From assembly GCA_977030845.1 (NCBI GenBank), contig OZ365111.1, positions 51,274,001 through 51,338,000 on the forward strand: DNA of 64,000 nucleotides. The letters are read 5' to 3'. A program made the translations under genes and the position numbers. The stretch's first letter is position 1, and each line of letters opens with the position of its first letter. Source of the DNA: Fimbriosthenelais zetlandica (taxonomy: Eukaryota). Under the pieces are notes generated by a model. The model did not search any database. It was not told where the DNA came from and worked only from the letters and a program-made list of their open reading frames with translations. Below are positions 58,174 through 64,000 of this stretch, piece after piece.

Positions 58174-59330
58174 CTCCCACAGGTCCACACAGAATCCCAA
58201 ACCACGGACCAGGATCAAAGGTCACATATAGGGGGGTAGGTAGGTGACAATTAGCTGGACAGTACACTGGACTGAAGCCCTCAACATGTGGGCCATCTCA
58301 ACACATTTATTATCTTAAATGGTAAAAGATGGGTATTATTTTGGTATTTATTTGTTTGATTTTTATCAAAAAGGGGAATTTGTCAAAGTGCGGCCTCCCA
58401 CTGAGTATGGAAGGGTCCATTTTCAAAAGGCTGGTCACTCTTAATTGGCACATTGCCATTTTGAGAGTCCGTCTCGGTCAGCCAAGCGTGAAACCAGTTC
58501 TACAAGATCCAAGCTATATATATATTTTTTCGTTCAACTTTAATTTCACCGATTTATTATTTTACGCAAGCTTTATATTTTCTTTGCGCTTTCCGATCTC
58601 CAATTTTATCTGAACTTTGCTCATTTCAAAATAATTTATTAGGCCTACCGCACCGGAACCTAGAAGTTAGAATCAAGAAAATGTTGAGCGTTTCCTCGAT
58701 ATCATATATACTTCCTTCTATAGCCTACTTCCATGATTCAGTTTAATCTTCATAAATCAATGTGATTTCACTATAGAAAACATGCTGCAATCCAAAGGTG
58801 AACATACTGGAGTAATAACGTATAAATACAAGCATCTTGATGATATATTTTATTATTTTTCCAGCGACTGGAGTGAATACAACATGGTATGTTAAAGTTT
58901 ACTTAAACTTTGCAGCAGTACAGTCGTGGTGTATTGTCACTTCATTTCCTTATCGTAGGCCCTAATGTCAAGTACCGGTATAGGCTACCTGCTAATCTAG
59001 CCTGACATACCTTACCTATGTTTACCTGTATCTAGAGTCGTGATACATTGTTCTCTTCTGATATACCTTCCTACCAGACATGAATCTATATAGATGGTGT
59101 CTCACAAACATGGATTAAAATACATTCACTCTGAAACGTGAAAGTTTTCCTTAAAATCACAGAGACTATAATCATAGGACTTGACTCTGGACCTCATGGG
59201 ACGTCACAGATATAAGGGAACATTTCCCTGACTAGAACTGTACAGAGAATGATAACATAACATGGAACTAGAACAAGGATAGTTTTACTATCAAAACGAA
59301 ATCAAAAATCGATCCCCGGACTCTTACATA

Positions 59331-60494
59331 ATGAATGAATTACAGAGTTACCCGGAGAAATGCAACGCCACAGACTTTCTCTCCTACAAGGTTGGAATAG
59401 GAATAGAAGTGTTCTACGTTCCTCCTGTCATACTGGTAGGAATCGTGAGCAACCTGTTATCATTTTTCGCCATGTTGAACAAAAGCAGGAAGAATCCCAT
59501 CTGTGTGTATCTGTGTGCTATGGCGTTGAGCGACCTTGTGATGATTCTGATCGCTTTAGGAGGTTGGTTAGAGACTGTGGTAACGAACCCTCTCACAGTA
59601 CTACAATGTCAGGTGATGACGTACTTCTCACTGTTAGCCAGTAGCTCCAGCACCTTCCTACTGGTTATAGTGACAGCAGATAGATGTATCTTAGTTTGTT
59701 TAGCAGGGAGAATCTTCCCCCACAGAACACCCACCTTCTCTCTGTGGGTTTCTATCTGTATTGTGGTATTTGGATGTCTTTTAGCCATCCCGTCCACCAT
59801 CCACACGTCTCTCGTGGATAATCTGACGTGTGCCGGATGGACGGACGTGCCCAGTGAGGAGTTAGCTATTGCTATGGTTATACTGCTCGGCTTTGCTCCA
59901 TGTATCGCCATTTTCACCATGAATATCATCATTTGTAAAACAATAAGACATTCTAACAAACTGAGGCGGGACTACGGCGCAGACGAAGCCCCGGCTTTTG
60001 TTCTGGGAGAAGGAAAATGGAAGAGAAATCCCGAAGGAAGCCTGGCCAGTGTCGATACCAATAATTCTAAAAATGAAAACGCCCTTCAATCTCTCAATAA
60101 TATGTGCAGAAAGCTGTGTTTAAATTGCTGCAACGGAGAGGAGTCGAAAACAGAATATGTGGAGACAAAAGCTAGTCAGATTGAGAGGAACCAAGTGACT
60201 GTACTTTTAATTGTTTCATTTAAGTTTCTGTTACTAAGACTGCCCCAGTTTATTGTTTTTGGAGTGTTCGTGTTTATAGATATTAGACAAGGGACTAACC
60301 CGTCTATATGTGCTGATTATGTATTAATTTATCACATCACTAATAAACTGTACATCACAGACTGTGCCATTAACACCATGATCTGTTGCTGGCTCAGCGC
60401 CGACTTCAGAAAGACAGTTAATTCTATGGTTGACCAATGTTTAGAGAGGATCCGCTGCTGGCACAGGGGATCTCTCACCATCAACCAGTATTAA
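59331..60494 (+). CDS. rhodopsin-class (class A) GPCR, peptide-receptor-like orphan, intronless CDS
   Basis: Seven hydrophobic segments; TM1 G..SN, TM2 MALSD, TM3 Cys and DRC, ECL2 LTC, TM7 AINTMIC..S.DFRK. Confidence 0.9.
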   Translation: MNELQSYPEKCNATDFLSYKVGIGIEVFYVPPVILVGIVSNLLSFFAMLNKSRKNPICVYLCAMALSDLVMILIALGGWLETVVTNPLTVLQCQVMTYFSLLASSSSTFLLVIVTADRCILVCLAGRIFPHRTPTFSLWVSICIVVFGCLLAIPSTIHTSLVDNLTCAGWTDVPSEELAIAMVILLGFAPCIAIFTMNIIICKTIRHSNKLRRDYGADEAPAFVLGEGKWKRNPEGSLASVDTNNSKNENALQSLNNMCRKLCLNCCNGEESKTEYVETKASQIERNQVTVLLIVSFKFLLLRLPQFIVFGVFVFIDIRQGTNPSICADYVLIYHITNKLYITDCAINTMICCWLSADFRKTVNSMVDQCLERIRCWHRGSLTINQY

Positions 60495-61744
60495 TAATCA
60501 TATTTTATATATTTTATATCTGAATAATGTATTAATGAGCTATAAATAAAGTGCTTGGTACAAGGAGAATCACTTGTCAACCTTACTTTTCATTGCTCAG
60601 TTGGAAGAAATACTTTCCACTATTGAATTTTCAAAATAATTGCTTCCAAGATTCTTTTCACAGTAATGTCCTTGTGCATGTAATAAAGCACTATGTTTGC
60701 CATATCCGGATATATCCTGGCTAGGGTTGGGTTGGAGAACACAGCCTTACTTGTATCTCAGGAGAAACGTTGACATAAATACACACTGAAAAGATATACG
60801 TCTCAGACAACAACTGTATCATGAAAGAGTATAGAGGAGAACCCTAAATAACAATGTCATGTATGATTGGAAATCGAAACGAAATGAGTGTCAACTGTCA
60901 TGATAGGCGGATCCTACTATCTAGAAAAAATATTTCGTACTCATCATTGACATGTAGTTATTGTGGATGTTTTAAAACATACAAATCGATTCATATCATC
61001 CCAGATTTATGATGCGTATATTATCAACCTGGAATCTGTAATGAATACATGGTCTTGGTCACATCCATGTTATTTTTGCATGTCATTGCTAACATAATTT
61101 AGTATGTGTCAGTGCAATATTCATGAACAAAATTACCGCCATGGCCAAATTTCCAGGATCAATCATGGAGTGCATCAAGTAATATAGGGAGTGAAAGTAA
61201 TGGATTTTGGGAGAATGACTTGAAGAAAATCTAGGCTGATATTCATAGCTTTTTAAGGCCAAAGGTAAAAGCAATTAACACGGGTTATGGCCAACTGCGC
61301 AGATCACTTCCAAAAAAACCAAAGGTTTCTGATTTTATTTTATAAATTTGCCACATTTTTTAGAAACAGTCTAAAGAGCCCTTGGATCGAGGAACTATTT
61401 TGGCCTAACAATTTTGAGAATTGAAACAACACAAACGTTTAAATCAATAAAAGTTTTGCATCATTTTGGAATGTATGAGGACATAATAATATACCTGTAT
61501 AGTACATATAGTTATTGGAGGTAATCTGTTGGATCAATGGTGAAACAATACAATTACACGAGATATGGCTTATATACAGTATTGACCACGTGGAAAGTGT
61601 ATACGACCTGATAAAATCCACTCCCCTTCTATGATGCTTCAAAGTACCACGATACTGGATATGGACGGAATATTTACTATTTTCGGTGATATAAGAACAA
61701 GCTCTGCTCTGGATATACACTTCATTTGATTCATCACATTCACA

Positions 61745-62992
61745 ATGTTTCCTCCTAACACAACATGGCTGCCTATCATGGAAATAGAGGAGCTGGCTAA
61801 AGACTGTTGGACGTATAAAATAGGGATAGCCTTACATTACTTTTACCTTCCTATCATCGTACCTATTGGTATAGCCTTTAACTTCATGTCACTCTGGGTG
61901 ATGTTACAGCCCAGTAACAGGAGGATTTCATGTTGTATTTATTTGGCAGCTCTTTCAATCACAGATAACCTGGTCCTGTATTCAGCTGGACATTACTGGT
62001 TAACGTCTGTCGTCCTTGGTAAGATGACTGAGGATGAATGTAAGTATCTGGCCATCACCTTCCAGATGTTCACAGTAACCAGTACTTACCTCATTGTTGC
62101 CGTGACTGTTGACAGGTTCCTGGCTACTTGTTTCCCTGTTTCTACCTATGGTTGGCGGACAACAAAGAGGGCAATGATTGTCAGTGTTCTCGTCATTTTT
62201 CTCTGTATTCTTGCTAACATTCCCACCATATCAACAACGGAGATGGTAGACGAACTGACGTGCGTGGTTTTCGGCAACCCAGCAAAGGATTGGAAAGTAT
62301 TGTCTATAGTTGCAGCAATTTTATTCATGGTTGTGCCATTTTGTGCCATCTTTTCCATGAATATAGCCATTGCTTGTAAGTTCAAGAAGAGGGAAAATGC
62401 AAAGGCTAAGAAATACACGTACAGGGCACCAACGTCACGTGACGATAATGTAGCCAATCAGACACCAAGATCCCCACAACAAACCCAGACGGATAGTAAT
62501 ACCGGTGAAGATGAAACGGCTGACAATGTCTCACCAGTGGTGGGAAGATCATTGGAAGTGAGTATCAGCATTGAGGTGAAAGAGGATGATGGCGAGGATA
62601 CCGGATCCTCAACCGAGGTGTCACCAAGACGACGAGGCTCCCTGGTGGCCGTCCTTAAACGACTGAGATCAAGGTCAGCTTCTGACACAAGGTCACTGGA
62701 GAAACAGCTCATCAAAATGCTGCTAGCCGTGTCGTTTACATTCCTCATACTGACCCTCCCACAATATGTCCGTTATGTCACGTTCTCCTATGTTGATTAC
62801 ACACTTCACCCCACTGTTTATGCCACATACATTCTGATCGTGAACATTAGTAACAAGATGTACATCACAAACAGCGCTGTCAACTTCATACTCTACTGCG
62901 TCTCAGGCAGGAAGTTCAGGAAATTGATGGCATACATGCTCAAACAAAAGATTTGTTGTGTTCCAATCCTGTCTGCAGACAGGATTAATTAG
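61745..62992 (+). CDS. rhodopsin-class GPCR, FMRFamide/peptide-receptor-like orphan, intronless CDS
   Basis: TM1 G.AFN, TM2 ALSITD, TM3 DRF, ECL2 LTC, TM6 LLAVSFTF.ILTLP, TM7 TNSAVNFILYCVSGRKFRK; long ICL3 with RRRGS. Confidence 0.92.
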   Translation: MFPPNTTWLPIMEIEELAKDCWTYKIGIALHYFYLPIIVPIGIAFNFMSLWVMLQPSNRRISCCIYLAALSITDNLVLYSAGHYWLTSVVLGKMTEDECKYLAITFQMFTVTSTYLIVAVTVDRFLATCFPVSTYGWRTTKRAMIVSVLVIFLCILANIPTISTTEMVDELTCVVFGNPAKDWKVLSIVAAILFMVVPFCAIFSMNIAIACKFKKRENAKAKKYTYRAPTSRDDNVANQTPRSPQQTQTDSNTGEDETADNVSPVVGRSLEVSISIEVKEDDGEDTGSSTEVSPRRRGSLVAVLKRLRSRSASDTRSLEKQLIKMLLAVSFTFLILTLPQYVRYVTFSYVDYTLHPTVYATYILIVNISNKMYITNSAVNFILYCVSGRKFRKLMAYMLKQKICCVPILSADRIN

Positions 62993-64000
62993 TTGTGATT
63001 GTAAATAAAAGAGAGGAGAATCTCAGGGAATGATCACGTCAGACATTTATAAGATAACCCAGCTTATAGCCTGCTGCAACTTTTGTTTTGAACTAAGGAC
63101 AAATGCTATTTTGTTCAAATTGAAAAACGTGGTAAAAAATTAAATTGTACAAAGATTAATTGTATCAAAGATGTACAAGGTGATATTATTATTTAATACA
63201 TTTGACAATGGACATATATTGCATTATAGGGCAAGCAAAAGCTTACATAATGAATGATAAGGGTATTTAGAACTTTGATATTTAAAAATCAATATCTGTA
63301 TATATCCATTCTGTACATATCATTGATTAAGAAGTTTATTTATATGGAAAGTAAATACTAATATAAAAACGATAAGATATAGCAACTCACTTTAGACCAC
63401 TTAGATCATATTGGACTTTGTTACCTGACATTAACATTGACGATACATTAATGATCCAACTTAATATTGACGGCGATGATATGCAATAACTAATGGGCGA
63501 GTTAGTTCTCTCCCCCCATAGAGATAGGCTTATAGGAGTGACTGTAAATAGACGTTATCAGCATGGGGGATTCTAGCTCCATAGCTAGCAGTTATCTCTG
63601 AGGTAGGCGACAGGTGAGATTTGGCAATAATCAGTCCCTAAAATGACTCTTTTGATAAGATATAAATAATTGACACTGCTGGAAAGTGAACCAGAGAACA
63701 TCGTCAGTCGACCTTCCACCTATATATAGCCAGAGTGTCTTTTTCATAATGGAAATCATATCAAAATCAAGACAGGAATCATAGGAAACTTTATACCACA
63801 GCTTCAGAGAAGAGGGACGATGAACTCTATATTCCTTGATTAATGTGTCTGAGGGAGCTTTTTAACTGAAAGGGCTAAAGGTAAAGTGGCCCTGTAACGA
63901 CCAATCTCTATTAGAGCATAAGGCATTACTAATCTATAGGACCTACATGGAAACACTATAGATCCAATGTTCACGATTTATTCAAGAGTTCTCCAAGTGA

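Noticed and set aside
63690-64000. TATATATA followed by a possible 5' UTR exon ending AAAG|GTAAAG (~63880)
   Set aside because: It might start a further gene beyond the window, but no coding sequence is visible to support a call.

Overview
Animal (eukaryotic) genomic DNA with GT-AG introns; the gene content suggests an invertebrate, but the taxon cannot be fixed from sequence alone. Left part (1-20 kb): 3' portion of a large type-I membrane protein gene (IgGFc-binding-like domain end, acidic DxDxDG motif, about 20 Trp-rich W-x-W-N-G-T-x-W repeats, REKR furin site, TM), several MITEs and minisatellites, an LRR protein, and C1D head-to-head with a multi-C2H2 zinc-finger gene. Centre (20.6-58.5 kb): the dominant feature is a five-copy tandem array (7.7-8.8 kb period) of a 17-exon minus-strand gene. 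It encodes a secreted protein of about 1,100-1,370 aa that I cannot assign to any family. The protein is built from 3-4 homologous Ala/Ile/Val-rich helical modules joined by Gly/Ala/Pro/Ile elastin-like linkers, and the linker repeat counts vary independently between copies. Each of the four inter-gene spacers holds a divergently oriented array of tRNA-Leu(CAG) genes (4, 9, 3 and 2 copies; 18 in total) that starts 411-413 bp from the gene's TATA box. Right end: two tandem rhodopsin-class peptide-receptor-like GPCRs with intronless CDSs. Gene models were built by hand from splice signals and reading-frame continuity; no database search or structure prediction was run.
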